A DNA stretch of 64,000 nucleotides from an uncultured virus (IMG/VR IMGVR_UViG_2630968395_000002). Lineage: Duplodnaviria > Heunggongvirae > Uroviricota > Caudoviricetes. Shown here piece by piece: positions 28,797 through 39,883 of this stretch. The notes below the pieces were generated by a model. The model had not been told where the DNA came from. It ran no database searches and saw nothing but the letters and a program-made list of their open reading frames with translations. Both the position numbers and the translations under genes were made by a program. The stretch's first letter is position 1. Each line of letters opens with the position of its first letter. Location: the IMG/VR virus record IMGVR_UViG_2630968395_000002, one strand, 5' to 3'.

Positions 28797-29705
28797 ATGC
28801 CGACCATCGACTTAAGTCAGTTACCGGCACCGCGGGTGATTGAATCACTGGATTTTGAAAGCCTGCTTGCATTGCGTAAAGAAGATTTTATTGCCTTATA
28901 TCCGTCCGAGCAGCAAGCCGCAGTGAGATTAACGCTGTCATTTGAATCTGAACCCATCGTGAAGTTATTGCAAGAAACCGCTTACCGCGAGTTGCTGTTG
29001 CGCCAGCGAGTGAATGAAGGGGCACAAGCGGTGATGGTGGCCTACGCAAATGGCAGTGATTTGGACCACCTCGGCGCAAACAATGGCATTGAGCGACTGA
29101 CCATCACCTCGGCCAATCCAGACGCCATCCCGCCCACTGCCGCCGCGATGGAGTCTGACGACGATTTCCGGGTACGCATCCCGCAAGCCTTTGAGGGCTT
29201 GAGCGTCGCCGGGCCAACCGGTGCGTATGAGTATCATGCCCGCAGTGCCGATGGCCGGATTGCTGACGCCTCCGCGATTAGCCCATCCCCCGCTTGCGTT
29301 ACCGTCACCGTGCTTTCACGTGAGGGAAATGGTACCGCGACACAGTATTTATTGGATAAGGTTTTCTCGGCACTAAACGATGAGAACGTGCGCCCGGTAG
29401 CTGACCGCTTAACCGTCAATTCTGCCACCATCGTGGAGTATCAGATTGACGCCACGCTCTATTTTTATCCGGGGCCGGAAGCTGAGCCAATCCGCGCCGC
29501 AGCCGAAGCCCGATTACAAAGCTATATCAGCACCCAGCGCCGCTTAGGGCGTGATATTCGTCTGTCAGCTATTTATGCCGCGCTGCATGTTGAAGGTGTG
29601 CAGCGGGTAGAGCTGATCGCGCCGCTGATTGATGTGGTATTAGACAAAACGCAAGCCGCTCACTGCATTGGTTATACCTTGACGGCGGGCGGCTCCGATG
29701 AATAA
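28797..29705 (+). CDS. J: Baseplate assembly protein
   Basis: IDLSQLPAP, SVAGPTGAY, VRPVAD. Confidence 0.95.
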   Translation: MPTIDLSQLPAPRVIESLDFESLLALRKEDFIALYPSEQQAAVRLTLSFESEPIVKLLQETAYRELLLRQRVNEGAQAVMVAYANGSDLDHLGANNGIERLTITSANPDAIPPTAAAMESDDDFRVRIPQAFEGLSVAGPTGAYEYHARSADGRIADASAISPSPACVTVTVLSREGNGTATQYLLDKVFSALNDENVRPVADRLTVNSATIVEYQIDATLYFYPGPEAEPIRAAAEARLQSYISTQRRLGRDIRLSAIYAALHVEGVQRVELIAPLIDVVLDKTQAAHCIGYTLTAGGSDE

Positions 29706-30306
29706 ACGCTTATTACCGGTTGGCTCTACCCCACTGGAGATCGCCGCCGCACAAGCCTGTGCGCGCATGGCTGACATTGACGTACCGCTGCGCAAATTGT
29801 GGAATGCCGACACCTGTCCGTTGGAATTGCTGCCTTATCTGGCCTGGGCGTGGTCAGTGGATCGCTGGGATGAGCTTTGGCCGGAAGCGACCAAGCGCGC
29901 GGTGGTTAACGCCTCGTACGTCGTCCATAAACACAAAGGCACCATTGGTGCTATTCGTCGCGTGGTGGAGCCGCTCGGCTATCTCATCAAGGTGATCGAG
30001 TGGTGGAAGACTAATGAAACGCCCGGCACTTTTCGCCTGGATGTGGGCGTGTTGGAAACCGGCATTACCGATGAAATGTATTTTGAGCTTGAGCGGCTGA
30101 TAGACGACGCCAAACCATGTAGCCGTCACCTGGTCGGCCTGTCTATTAATCTGGATGTCAATGGCGCGATCCCTGTGAGTGTCGCCAGCTATGACGGTGA
30201 CGAATTAACTGTTTACCCCTATTTACCCGAAGTGATTACCGTGACCGGCCAATGCTATACCGCCGGTGTTGTGCATTTGATTGATGAAATGAGAGTGAGC
30301 CTATGA
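29698..30306 (+). CDS. I: Tail protein I
   Basis: CPLELLPYLAWAWSVDRWD, HKHKGT. Confidence 0.95.
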   Translation: MNKRLLPVGSTPLEIAAAQACARMADIDVPLRKLWNADTCPLELLPYLAWAWSVDRWDELWPEATKRAVVNASYVVHKHKGTIGAIRRVVEPLGYLIKVIEWWKTNETPGTFRLDVGVLETGITDEMYFELERLIDDAKPCSRHLVGLSINLDVNGAIPVSVASYDGDELTVYPYLPEVITVTGQCYTAGVVHLIDEMRVSL

Positions 30307-31742
30307 CCGCTAAATTTTATGCCTTAATGACCAATCTGGGGGCGGCCAAACTGGCGAATGCAACAGCCCTCGGTACCCAGTTACAGATTACACACATGGC
30401 GGTTGGGGACGGTGGCGGTGTGCTCCCCACGCCGAACCCGGCACAGACTCAGCTTATTGGCGAAAAGCGCCATGCTGCCCTGAATTCGTTAAGTATTGAT
30501 GAGGTCAACAGCAGTCAAATTATCGCGGAACAGGTTATTCCTGAAACGGACGGCGGTTGGTGGATACGTGAAATTGGCCTGTTTGATAAAGACGGTATTC
30601 TTATCGCCATTGCTAACTGCCCGGAGACCTACAAGCCGCAGTTGCAGGAGGGCAGTGGTCGCACACAGACGGTGCGCATGGTGCTGATTGTCAGTAGCAC
30701 CGAGGCAGTCACGTTAAAAATTGATCCGTCTGTAGTGCTGGCAACGCGGAAATATGTGGATGATAAAGCGATTGAAGTTGGGCAGTATGCAGATAAGTTA
30801 CTGTCTGACCACGTCGCTGCGACAGATCCTCACGACCAGTATTTACGTGCCGCCGACAATCTTGCGGGCGTGAACGATAAGTCTCAAGGTCGAAAAAATA
30901 TGGGGTTGGGCAAACTTGCAGAAAAGGACGAACTGACATTCTCTGATGTGGGTGCCGCGTCAGCCAATGATGTCGTATCACGTGCACGGGGAGGCACATT
31001 TGATAAATCATTACACGTTCATGACACACTGAGCGCAGGTAATATCAAATCAGAAACCAATATTGACGCGGTCGGGGTTGTTACTTCTCGTAATAAAATT
31101 GAATGTCGTTCGCCGGGTTCTGATGCCTATTCCGCCGGGTTCCGCTGTTATATTCGTGACTCGGTCACATCAATCACTACAGATTATGTCAATACGCATC
31201 CCGAAGGTGGGGAGCAGTGGATGTTCGCGACAAATTACAACTTTGTTACTGGGGGTGTTGATTTCACTACCCGAGGTCATTTTATTTCTAATGGGATAGT
31301 GCGTGCGGGAGGGCTTGACGGTGGGTTTATGGATGGCAGTGGAAATATCACCGGGGCGGTGTGGGGGGAAGGGGGTGGGAACCTTTGGGGATTTATTAAC
31401 AATAAAATCGCGGGTGTGCTGGCACAGTTTGGTAAACGTCACTTTTCTGGTTCGGATTATATCCGTATTCCAGACGTGCCGGGCGGGCTGATTGTGCAAT
31501 GGATGACTGGCCCTGTTTCTGCCGGCGAAAATATCGCTTACCCTGAACTGGCTTTCCCCACCGCCTTTCCTGTTGCGTGTCTAATGGCATTCACGGCCAC
31601 TCAGGGGAATGACACAATACAAGCCGATGTGATGTTTCAAACATCGCGTTGGAATAACAGCACGGTAAAGGTGTTCCCGCAATGGTTTGGCACTGCACAG
31701 CAAAACCTGTGCTATCCACTTATTTTCGCCATTGGCTATTAA
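30303..31742 (+). CDS. H: Tail fibre protein
   Basis: MAVGDGGG, GGWWIREIGL, DPSVVLATR; C-terminal PGGLIVQW..FPTAFP. Confidence 0.92.
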   Translation: MTAKFYALMTNLGAAKLANATALGTQLQITHMAVGDGGGVLPTPNPAQTQLIGEKRHAALNSLSIDEVNSSQIIAEQVIPETDGGWWIREIGLFDKDGILIAIANCPETYKPQLQEGSGRTQTVRMVLIVSSTEAVTLKIDPSVVLATRKYVDDKAIEVGQYADKLLSDHVAATDPHDQYLRAADNLAGVNDKSQGRKNMGLGKLAEKDELTFSDVGAASANDVVSRARGGTFDKSLHVHDTLSAGNIKSETNIDAVGVVTSRNKIECRSPGSDAYSAGFRCYIRDSVTSITTDYVNTHPEGGEQWMFATNYNFVTGGVDFTTRGHFISNGIVRAGGLDGGFMDGSGNITGAVWGEGGGNLWGFINNKIAGVLAQFGKRHFSGSDYIRIPDVPGGLIVQWMTGPVSAGENIAYPELAFPTAFPVACLMAFTATQGNDTIQADVMFQTSRWNNSTVKVFPQWFGTAQQNLCYPLIFAIGY

Positions 31743-31753
31743 GGATAAAAAAC

Positions 31754-32233
31754 ATGATCTATTTTTCTGCTACAACGGGCGGTTTTTATCCGCAGGAATG
31801 GAAAGAAGAATATCTGGCAACAGGTAGCTGGCCTGATGATGCACTATTGCTCACGAAAAAAGAACAAACGAAATATTGGAAACACGTTCCAGCCACGGGG
31901 AAAATGTTAGGGGTTATGAAAGGCCGTCCGGTCTGGCTGGATATTCCGCCGTTACCTGCGCCTCACGGCGATACCCTCGCCGCACTTGCCCGCCGTCATC
32001 GCGATGCTTTTATTAAAACCACGGATTCAATTACTGTAATTGATTATTCAATTGATGATAGCCCGCTAACTGATACTCAACGTGCCGAGTTAACCGCTAC
32101 CCGCGCCGCCTATCGCGCATGGCCCACGGTGGAAAACTGGCCGCGGGTTGAATTGCCGGAACTGCCGCAATGGCTTTTGATTGAAGCGGTCAATCAGGGC
32201 TATATTGTTCCCGACTGGCCGCCAGTCGTATAG
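31754..32233 (+). CDS. G: Tail fibre assembly protein
   Basis: YFSATTGGFY, WPDDA, GRPVWLDIP. Confidence 0.8.
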   Translation: MIYFSATTGGFYPQEWKEEYLATGSWPDDALLLTKKEQTKYWKHVPATGKMLGVMKGRPVWLDIPPLPAPHGDTLAALARRHRDAFIKTTDSITVIDYSIDDSPLTDTQRAELTATRAAYRAWPTVENWPRVELPELPQWLLIEAVNQGYIVPDWPPVV

Positions 32234-32277
32234 CCCTGCTCAACAACCCCGCCAGCCGGGGTTGTTGGTTTCTCTGT

Positions 32278-32295
32278 TGTGCCACCCCTCACACA
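32278..32295 (+). promoter_or_regulatory. Ogr-type site TGT-N12-ACA (F operon)
   Basis: TGTGCCACCCCTCACACA; preceded by hairpin CAACAACCCC..GGGGTTGTTG. Confidence 0.75.
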
Positions 32296-32366
32296 ATCCT
32301 CATCACCTGCCCCGCGCACAGTAATCCGGCATCATAGCGAATGAACGCTTAACCGGAGAAAACCGC

Positions 32367-33542
32367 ATGTCTGCAACCGATTACCACCACGGTGTGCGCG
32401 TCATTGAAATCAGCGAAGGCACCCGCCCGATCCGCACTGTCAGTACGGCGGTGGTCGGGATGGTCTGTACTTCCGATGATGCTGACGCCACCCTGTTTCC
32501 ACTCAATACCCCGGTATTACTCACCGATGTGCTGGCCGCCAGCGGCAAAGCCGGTGAAACCGGCACATTAGCCCATTCACTGGATGCTATCAGCGACCAA
32601 ACCAAACCACTGACCGTCGTTGTCCGGGTGGCGCAGGGTGAAACCGAAGCTGAAACCACGTCAAATATTATTGGCGGAATAGCACCAGATGGCCGTTATA
32701 CCGGCATGAAAGCGCTGTTAGCGGCGCAGGGTAAGTTTGACGTCAAGCCCCGTATTTTAGGGGTTCCCGGTCATGACACTCTGGCGGTATCCACTGAGCT
32801 ACTTTCCATCGCTCAGAGCCTACGTGCCTTTGCCTACATCAGCGCCTACGGTTGCAAAACCAAAGAAGAGGCCATTATCTACCGCGATAACTTCAGTCAG
32901 CGCGAAGCGATGGTGATTTGGCCCGATTTCCTCAGTTGGGACACGGTCACTAACGCCGAAACCACCGCTTACGCCACGGCTCGCGCCCTCGGCTTGCGTG
33001 CCAAAATTGATAATGATGTTGGCTGGCATAAAACGCTGTCTAACGTCGGGGTGAATGGCGTCACCGGTATCAGTGCGGATGTGTTCTGGGATCTGCAAAA
33101 CAGCGCCACCGATGCCAATTTGCTTAACAGCAAAGATGTCACCACGCTGATCCGCAAAGATGGCTACCGTTTTTGGGGTTCCCGCTCCTGTTCCGATGAT
33201 CCGCTGTTTGCCTTTGAGAACTACACCCGCACCGCGCAGGTACTGGCTGACACTATGGCCGAGGCCCATATGTGGGCTAACGATAAGCCGCTTACCCCGT
33301 CACTGGCAAAAGACATTATTGAGGGTATTCGCGCCAAAATGCGCGAGCTGAAATCATTGGGTTATCTGATTGATGGTGACTGCTGGTACGACGACAGCGT
33401 AAACGATAAAGACACACTAAAGGCTGGCCGCCTGTTTATTGATTACGACTATACGCCTGTGCCGCCGCTGGAAGATTTAACCCTGCGCCAACGCATTACT
33501 GATCGTTATCTGGCTAATTTCGCCGCCGCCGTTAACAGCTAA
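32367..33542 (+). CDS. FI: Tail sheath protein
   Basis: [25 protein letters not shown]. Confidence 0.97.
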   Translation: MSATDYHHGVRVIEISEGTRPIRTVSTAVVGMVCTSDDADATLFPLNTPVLLTDVLAASGKAGETGTLAHSLDAISDQTKPLTVVVRVAQGETEAETTSNIIGGIAPDGRYTGMKALLAAQGKFDVKPRILGVPGHDTLAVSTELLSIAQSLRAFAYISAYGCKTKEEAIIYRDNFSQREAMVIWPDFLSWDTVTNAETTAYATARALGLRAKIDNDVGWHKTLSNVGVNGVTGISADVFWDLQNSATDANLLNSKDVTTLIRKDGYRFWGSRSCSDDPLFAFENYTRTAQVLADTMAEAHMWANDKPLTPSLAKDIIEGIRAKMRELKSLGYLIDGDCWYDDSVNDKDTLKAGRLFIDYDYTPVPPLEDLTLRQRITDRYLANFAAAVNS

Positions 33543-33553
33543 GGAGCGTAACT

Positions 33554-34069
33554 ATGGCATTACCACGCAAGCTTAAGTTCCTCAATGTGTTCAATGACGG
33601 GAACAGCTATCAGGGGGTGGTTGAATCCATCACCTTGCCAAAATTAAACCGCAAATTTGAAGACTTTCGCGGGGGCGGGATGAATGGCAGCGCCAAGGTC
33701 GATTTGGGGCTGGCTGATGGGGCGCTGGACGTTGACTGGACGCTGGGCGGTATTGAGTCCGAGATCTACAAGCAATGGGGCGTGACCAAAGTCGATGGTG
33801 TGTTACTGCGTTTTGCTGGCTCCTATCAGCGCGACGATACCGGCGAAACCCACGCGGTAGAAATTGTCCTCCGTGGTCGCCACGAAGAAATCGACGGCGG
33901 TGACAGCAAACAAGGCGATAACAGCACCACAAAAATCTCCACAAAATGTACTTACTACAAATTGGCATGGGATGGCGAAGTGCTGATCGAGATCGACATT
34001 GTGAACATGGTCGAAATGGTCAGCGGCGTCGATATGCTGGAAGCCCACCGCCGCAACATCGGCCTGTAA
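33554..34069 (+). CDS. FII: Major tail tube protein
   Basis: MALPRKLK, RGGGM, YQRDDTG. Confidence 0.97.
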   Translation: MALPRKLKFLNVFNDGNSYQGVVESITLPKLNRKFEDFRGGGMNGSAKVDLGLADGALDVDWTLGGIESEIYKQWGVTKVDGVLLRFAGSYQRDDTGETHAVEIVLRGRHEEIDGGDSKQGDNSTTKISTKCTYYKLAWDGEVLIEIDIVNMVEMVSGVDMLEAHRRNIGL

Positions 34070-34122
34070 TATCACGGTGCGGATAACTCCGCGCCTTTAC
34101 CCCTTATTTATTGGTAACCATT

Positions 34123-34470
34123 ATGAGCAAGATAACCACTGTAGATGCATTACCGTCCGTGCCTGTCGAGACTTCTGCTGATGCCTTTAACGTAGTCACA
34201 TTAGATGCGCCGATCATGCGAGGTAATACAACAATCACGCAGATCACGGTCAATAAACCCAATACCGGCGCATTGCGCGGCGCCAAATTGCAGGCACTGC
34301 TTGATACCGATGTTGATGCGTTGATCCGTGTGCTGCCTCGCGTCACCACCCCTAACCTGACCGTGCCAGAAATCAACAATTTGGAACCAGCCGATATTTA
34401 CGCGTTATCGCAGGCACTGGCGCTTTTTTTCTTACCGAACTCGGTGCGGTCAGATTTCCTGACAGCTTAA
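34123..34470 (+). CDS. E: Tail assembly chaperone E
   Basis: LDAPIMRG, KPNTGALRG, VLPRVT. Confidence 0.9.
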   Translation: MSKITTVDALPSVPVETSADAFNVVTLDAPIMRGNTTITQITVNKPNTGALRGAKLQALLDTDVDALIRVLPRVTTPNLTVPEINNLEPADIYALSQALALFFLPNSVRSDFLTA

Positions 34471-34604
34471 CCGTTGACGATTTGATAGCGGATATTGCGA
34501 TAACCTTTCACTGGCCGCCCTCCGCTACCGAAGAGATGTCCTTAGGTGAACTTTTAGAGTGGCGACATAAAGCCATTATCCGCAACGGGGGCAGTGATGA
34601 GTGA
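34424..34604 (+). CDS. E' extension via -1 frameshift at T7 (34424-34430)
   Basis: -1 frame reads ..VDDLIADIAITFHWPPS..ELLEWRHKA, the P2 E+E' pattern. Confidence 0.85.
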
Positions 34605-37512
34605 TAAGAACCTCCGTTTGCGGGTTTCCTTAAGTGCCATAGATAAAATCACCCGGCCATTTAAATCTATGTTGGCCAGCAATAAAACGCTGGCTGCATC
34701 CATCAAAACGACGAAAGACCAGCTTAAGCAACTCAATGGCCAGGCGGCCAAAATTGAGGGTTTTCGTCAGAATAAAGCCGCTGTTGATCGTGCCGCACAG
34801 GCGTTGACTGCCGCCCGCGATAAAGCGCGTCAACTCGCCACTGAATTAAAAAACAGCGCAGCGCCTACAGCTAAGCAGGCGAGAGAGTTTAAGCGTGCCA
34901 GTGAAGAGGCCGCAAAACTCAAGCAAAAGTACAATGACTTACGTACCGCACTCCACACCCAGCGTGCCGCCTTACAAAGCAGCGGCGTTGCCACTAATCG
35001 ACTGGGACAAGCACAGCGAACCCTTAAAGCCAGCATCACCAGCACCACCGCCGCGCTGGCCGCACAACAACGCCGGTTAGCGCAACAAGCCCAACAACAG
35101 CAACGCCTGAATGCCGCCCGCAATCGCTTTGATGCCAGCAATCAGCGCAAAGCGGTAGCCGCCGGATTAGGGTATACCTCGTTTGCTACCGGCCGCGCCA
35201 TGGGTCGGGGGATAACCAAAACGTTGGGTGTGGGTTATGAATTTGACGCGATGATGAGCAAAACCCAGGCCGTTACCCGCATTCCGGATAAAAACGCGGA
35301 GGATATGCAGGCGATGCGTCACCAGGCCCGTACCCTGCCACTCTCATCCAAGTTTACCGTTCTGGAAGTGGCTGAAGGCCAATACTTTCTTGGCCGCACT
35401 GGCTATAGCCCGAAACAGGTTATGGGGGCAATGCCCGGTATGCTTAACCTCGCCGCTGCCGGAGGGATTGATCTTGCTACTGCTGCCGATATTGCTTCCA
35501 ATATTCAAACCGCCATGGGTATTCCAGCGGAGAAAATGGATCACGTTGCCGATGTGCTAACAGCCCTCTTCACCCGGAATAACGTCGATATCCCGATGCT
35601 GGGTGAATCGCTTAAGTACTCTGCCGGTGTGGGTCGCGAATACGGCCAGAGTCTGGAAACCGTGGCGGCGGCCACAGCTATGCTGGGTAGCGCTGGTATT
35701 CAAGGCAGTCAGGCCGGTACCACTATGCGCAGTATCTTGAGCCGTATTGGTGGCTCTAAAACCGTGAAAGATTTGGGCGTCAAAACTGCCGATAAAGACG
35801 GCAATATGCGTGATCTGGTTGATATTCTTAAAGATATCAACGAGAAAACCGCAAAAATGGGTAATGTTGAGCGCGGTGCAATCTATAAAAGCATTGCCGG
35901 ACAATATGCCGTTACCGGATTTGGCGTGTTAATGAATGCTGCCGAGGATGGATCGTTGGAGCAGATGCGAGGCCAGCCCGGCCAGTATGATGGTGAATCA
36001 AACCTCGTAGCTTCAACCATGCTCGACAACCTAAAAGGCGATATGACCATTCTCCATGCCGCCATGGAGAATATCAGTGTTGAGTTATTTGAGAAGAATA
36101 ACGACTGGCTACGTTCGGCGGCAAAAGGCATCAGTGAATTTATGCACGGCGTGGCTGAATTCCTTAAGGCTCATCCCGGCGTGAGTACTGCGATTGTAAA
36201 AGTGGGTACCGTTGTCGCCATTGCAACCGCCGCATTCGGGGCGCTGGCGATTGCTGCCGTGGGTATTTTAGGCCCCTTCGCCCTGCTCCGTTTTACTACC
36301 TCAGTGCTGGGGATCCGCTTATTGCCGCGCTTGTCGTTGAGTCTGTTTCGACTGGCAAGTATCACGCCCATTACAGGTGCGCAAATTGGCAACTTTAGCC
36401 GCTCACTGCTCGTGATGTCTCAACAGGGCGGCCGCTCAGCCATCGCCAGTTTAAAAGGGTTGGGTCAAGGTCTGGTGAACGTGGCCCGCTCGCCAGTGAA
36501 ATCGGCCGTCAGTGGCTTTACGTTACTCGGTAATGGTATTAGCTGGCTGGCTAAATCCCCGCTTAGGTTCCTGCGTTTCGCGCTCGGTGGCCTGGGTAGC
36601 ATGTTGGGTATCCTGATCAGCCCGATTGGGTTAATTGCCGCGGCAATCGTGGGTGCTGGCTTATTGATTTACAAGTACTGGCAACCGATTAAAGCGTTCC
36701 TTGGGGGGGTGGTAGAGGGCTTTATGCAGGCCGCCGCACCGATTAAAGAGGCGCTTAAACCGCTGGGGCCGGTGTTTGACTGGATTGGTGATGCAGTCAA
36801 AAACGTGTGGAACTGGTTTAAAAAGTTACTGGAACCGGTGCAATCAACCACGGCCGATTTAAACCGCGCCGCTAATGCCGGTAAGGCCTTTGGTCAGTTT
36901 TTGGCTGACGGCATTGGACTGGCCATGATACCGATAAATGCGTTGATCTCATCCATTAAATGGGTACTTGAAAAACTGGATGAAGTAAAGCAACGCTCTG
37001 ACAAAACCCAGGCACTGGCGCAGGCAAACCCAGCCACTGCCGCGGGCCCGGGTAACTACGGCGTGGCGTGGAAACCAGCGCAAACGAAAAGCACCTATAT
37101 CGAAAGTAAATATACCGGGGCATATGATAACGGCGGTACCATCCCGCTCGGAAAATTTGGCGTGGTAGGTGAATATGGCCCGGAAATCATCAACGGCCCG
37201 GCACAGGTCACCAGCCGCCGCAACACCGCCGCTATGGCGGTTGCGGCTTCCATGCTATTCAGTGGCTACCCGGCCAGCGCCGCGCCGCTCCATCCTTACA
37301 GTTTACCGGCGGCACAGTACCGCAGTAGCAACGGTCAGACAAATAATCATCAGCAAAATCAAACCAGCCATGCTGCGCCAGTTATCAATATTTACCCGAC
37401 GCCACAGCAGGATGCGCAGGATATTGCCCGCGAGGTGGCCCGCCAGCTGGCCGCCCACAACCGCAGGGAACAGAGCAAATCAAACCGCAGTTATCAAGAC
37501 CATGACGACTAA
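34597..37512 (+). CDS. T: Tail tape measure protein
   Basis: Long Ala-rich ORF, AIDKITRPF, AGIQGSQAGT. Confidence 0.95.
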   Translation: MSDKNLRLRVSLSAIDKITRPFKSMLASNKTLAASIKTTKDQLKQLNGQAAKIEGFRQNKAAVDRAAQALTAARDKARQLATELKNSAAPTAKQAREFKRASEEAAKLKQKYNDLRTALHTQRAALQSSGVATNRLGQAQRTLKASITSTTAALAAQQRRLAQQAQQQQRLNAARNRFDASNQRKAVAAGLGYTSFATGRAMGRGITKTLGVGYEFDAMMSKTQAVTRIPDKNAEDMQAMRHQARTLPLSSKFTVLEVAEGQYFLGRTGYSPKQVMGAMPGMLNLAAAGGIDLATAADIASNIQTAMGIPAEKMDHVADVLTALFTRNNVDIPMLGESLKYSAGVGREYGQSLETVAAATAMLGSAGIQGSQAGTTMRSILSRIGGSKTVKDLGVKTADKDGNMRDLVDILKDINEKTAKMGNVERGAIYKSIAGQYAVTGFGVLMNAAEDGSLEQMRGQPGQYDGESNLVASTMLDNLKGDMTILHAAMENISVELFEKNNDWLRSAAKGISEFMHGVAEFLKAHPGVSTAIVKVGTVVAIATAAFGALAIAAVGILGPFALLRFTTSVLGIRLLPRLSLSLFRLASITPITGAQIGNFSRSLLVMSQQGGRSAIASLKGLGQGLVNVARSPVKSAVSGFTLLGNGISWLAKSPLRFLRFALGGLGSMLGILISPIGLIAAAIVGAGLLIYKYWQPIKAFLGGVVEGFMQAAAPIKEALKPLGPVFDWIGDAVKNVWNWFKKLLEPVQSTTADLNRAANAGKAFGQFLADGIGLAMIPINALISSIKWVLEKLDEVKQRSDKTQALAQANPATAAGPGNYGVAWKPAQTKSTYIESKYTGAYDNGGTIPLGKFGVVGEYGPEIINGPAQVTSRRNTAAMAVAASMLFSGYPASAAPLHPYSLPAAQYRSSNGQTNNHQQNQTSHAAPVINIYPTPQQDAQDIAREVARQLAAHNRREQSKSNRSYQDHDD

Positions 37513-37523
37513 GGAGCAATAAC

Positions 37524-37988
37524 ATGATGATGGCACTGGGGATGTTTGTCTTTATGCGGCAAACCACCCCTTATCAAGATTTTCAACATCAGATGGCGTG
37601 GCGGCATCCGTCAAATGCCCGTTTTGGTCTCCGCTCATCCAGTCAATTTTTAGGGCCAGATGAAGAATCCATTACCTTATCCGGTGTGTTGTATCCAGAG
37701 CTGACCGGCGGCAAGCTTTCATTAATGGCCTTGCAACTGATGGCAGAAACCGGCAAGGCCTGGTCACTGATTGAAGGGAACGGCGCGATCCATGGCATGT
37801 TTGTCATTGAGAGCCTGGAACGCACTAAAAGTATTTTTTTCAGTGATGGGTCAGCCCGTAAAATTGAATTTACGCTTAGCTTAAAACGTACCGATGAATC
37901 ACTAAAAGAGATGTTTGGGGAGCTGTCTCAGCAATTTGACGATATCGCCAGCAGCGTATCGAACACCGCCGCCGGATTATTATCATGA
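37524..37988 (+). CDS. U: Tail protein U
   Basis: MMMALGMFVF, ITLSGVLYPELTGG. Confidence 0.95.
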   Translation: MMMALGMFVFMRQTTPYQDFQHQMAWRHPSNARFGLRSSSQFLGPDEESITLSGVLYPELTGGKLSLMALQLMAETGKAWSLIEGNGAIHGMFVIESLERTKSIFFSDGSARKIEFTLSLKRTDESLKEMFGELSQQFDDIASSVSNTAAGLLS

Positions 37989-39079
37989 TAAGCATTGATA
38001 CCGGGCATAACGAACCCGATTATTCTATTTCCGTGGATGGCATAGATAAAACGGGTGGCATTAAAAAGCGCCTAATGTCATTGACGTTAACTGATAACCG
38101 GGGCTTTGAAGCCGATCAATTAGATATTGAGTTTGATGACGCGGACGGTAAAGTGGAGTTACCGCGCCGTGGCGCTAAAATAGCGGTATCACTCGGCTGG
38201 AAAGGCGCGGCGCTGATCGATAAAGGTACATTTACCGTAGATGAAATAGAACACAGTGGCGCGCCGGATAAGCTGACTGTTCGCGCTCGCAGTGCGGATT
38301 TTCGTGAAACGCTCAATATTCGCCGGGATCAGTCTTACCATAAGACCACTATTGGCGGGATAATTAAAACCGTTGCCGAGCGGAATAAACTCGCCCCAAC
38401 ATTAAATAAAACCATGTCTGATTTGACCATTGACCATATAGACCAAACCAACGAATCAGACGGTAATTTTATTACCCGACTGGCGAAACAATACGGTGCT
38501 ATTGCCGCTGTGAAAAATGGCAATCTGTTATTTATCCGTCAGGGCCAGTCGAAAACCGCCAGCGGTAAACCGATCCCGGCCATGACTATTATTCGCAGTC
38601 TGGGCGACGGCCATCAGTTTAGTATGGCTGACCGGGGCGCTTATACCGGCGTTGTCGCCAACTGGCTGAATACTCGCACCACCGAAAAGCCAGTGGTTAA
38701 GGTCAAGCGAAAACGCAAACGTAAGGCGACCACTGCCGCCAAGCCCAAAGAGCCCGAAGAGAAACAGGGCGAATATCTGATCGGTACTGATGAGAATGTG
38801 CTGATCTTACGCACCACTTACGCCAGTAAAAACAATGCACAGCGGGCGGCAAAATCAAACTGGGAACGGCTGCAACGGGGCGCGGCGAAATTCTCTATTC
38901 AACTGGCGAAAGGGCGTGCGGATCTCTATCCCGAGGTGCCGGTTAAAGTTACTGGATTCAAAAAACAGATTGATGAAGCAGATTGGACGCTGGTCACGGT
39001 GACCCATTCCGTGAGTGACAGCGGTTTTACTACCGCGCTGGAATTAGAGGTGAAAATAGATGATTTGGATATGGAATGA
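37985..39079 (+). CDS. D: Late control D/baseplate hub protein
   Basis: LTDNRGFEADQLD, HIDQTNESD, GRADLYPE. Confidence 0.95.
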   Translation: MISIDTGHNEPDYSISVDGIDKTGGIKKRLMSLTLTDNRGFEADQLDIEFDDADGKVELPRRGAKIAVSLGWKGAALIDKGTFTVDEIEHSGAPDKLTVRARSADFRETLNIRRDQSYHKTTIGGIIKTVAERNKLAPTLNKTMSDLTIDHIDQTNESDGNFITRLAKQYGAIAAVKNGNLLFIRQGQSKTASGKPIPAMTIIRSLGDGHQFSMADRGAYTGVVANWLNTRTTEKPVVKVKRKRKRKATTAAKPKEPEEKQGEYLIGTDENVLILRTTYASKNNAQRAAKSNWERLQRGAAKFSIQLAKGRADLYPEVPVKVTGFKKQIDEADWTLVTVTHSVSDSGFTTALELEVKIDDLDME

Positions 39080-39153
39080 TGATTTTTAATCAATAATAAC
39101 GCATAATTATCATTAATACCGACCACAGTCGGGATGATAACGGACTCGCTATC

Positions 39154-39369
39154 ATGTTCAATTGCCCTTTATGCCATCAGGCAGCACACACCCGCAGCAG
39201 TAGCCAGGTAACCACCGAAACCAAAGAGCGCTATCACCAGTGCACCAATGTGAATTGTGGCCATACATTCGTAACGATGGAAAGTTTTATGCGTTCTATA
39301 TCGAAGCCCGGCGAGATTAACCCGGTGATGCCCCACCCACAAACCGGCGGCCAGGTGGTCATGTTCTGA
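39154..39369 (+). CDS. ogr: Ogr/Delta zinc-finger late activator
   Basis: CPLC..AHTRSS..YHQCTNVNCGHTF. Confidence 0.95.
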   Translation: MFNCPLCHQAAHTRSSSQVTTETKERYHQCTNVNCGHTFVTMESFMRSISKPGEINPVMPHPQTGGQVVMF

Positions 39370-39404
39370 CGGCTGGAAATAAATTTATTTACCCGACGCT
39401 CATC

Positions 39405-39425
39405 CCGCTTTTGCGGGTTTTTTTT
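39405..39425 (+). terminator. Intrinsic terminator after ogr
   Basis: CCCGC-tttt-GCGGG followed by T8. Confidence 0.7.
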
Positions 39426-39522
39426 CGCCTAGAACTCACTAAAACTATCTTGCTCAAAAAATCTTCGTCGCCAAGGTGCCGCCATTCTGTCGCCACTTTC
39501 CAGTTTTTCCGCTTTCCCAGAA

Positions 39523-39645
39523 ACAAAAAAACCGCCTCTCGGCGGTTAACGACATACTCGTACTACTTTGTTTTACTTAGAATATTTTCCATGGTGCCCG
39601 GGGCGGGACTTGAACCCGCACAGCCATAAGCCGAGGGATTTTAAA
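39523..39645. repeat. Right att direct repeat with 3' half of tRNA-Leu(UAA) (39592-39645)
   Basis: Matches 5533-5655; tRNA 5' half absent, so it also bounds the next prophage. Confidence 0.95.
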
Positions 39646-39883
39646 GCGCCGATAATATCCTTTAATTTCAATTGGCTAAATGATTTTTTCACCAAACCAA
39701 GCATTTAATTACATGACATATATCAATATTTTAAAAAATCAGTTCAAAGGATAAGGCGAAGAAAAAACAAGGGATTAAAAGACCCTTGGTGCAAGTTAAA
39801 TACCGTTTTTTAAAGATCAATATATAGTTAGCAAGAGCGTCGGAAATGCTCGGGGAATTTTCGAACATCATAATGAGGACAAT

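Larger units (their letters stand above)
5533..39645. mobile_element. P2-like (Peduoviridae-type) prophage, 33,990 bp between att repeats
   Basis: Full P2 gene order int-C-cox..A..Q P O N M L X lysis R S V W J I H G FI FII E T U D ogr between direct repeats. Confidence 0.95.

Noticed and set aside
30303..32233. Tail-fibre inversion system or diversity-generating retroelement
   Set aside because: No invertase, reverse transcriptase, inverted cassette or template repeat seen
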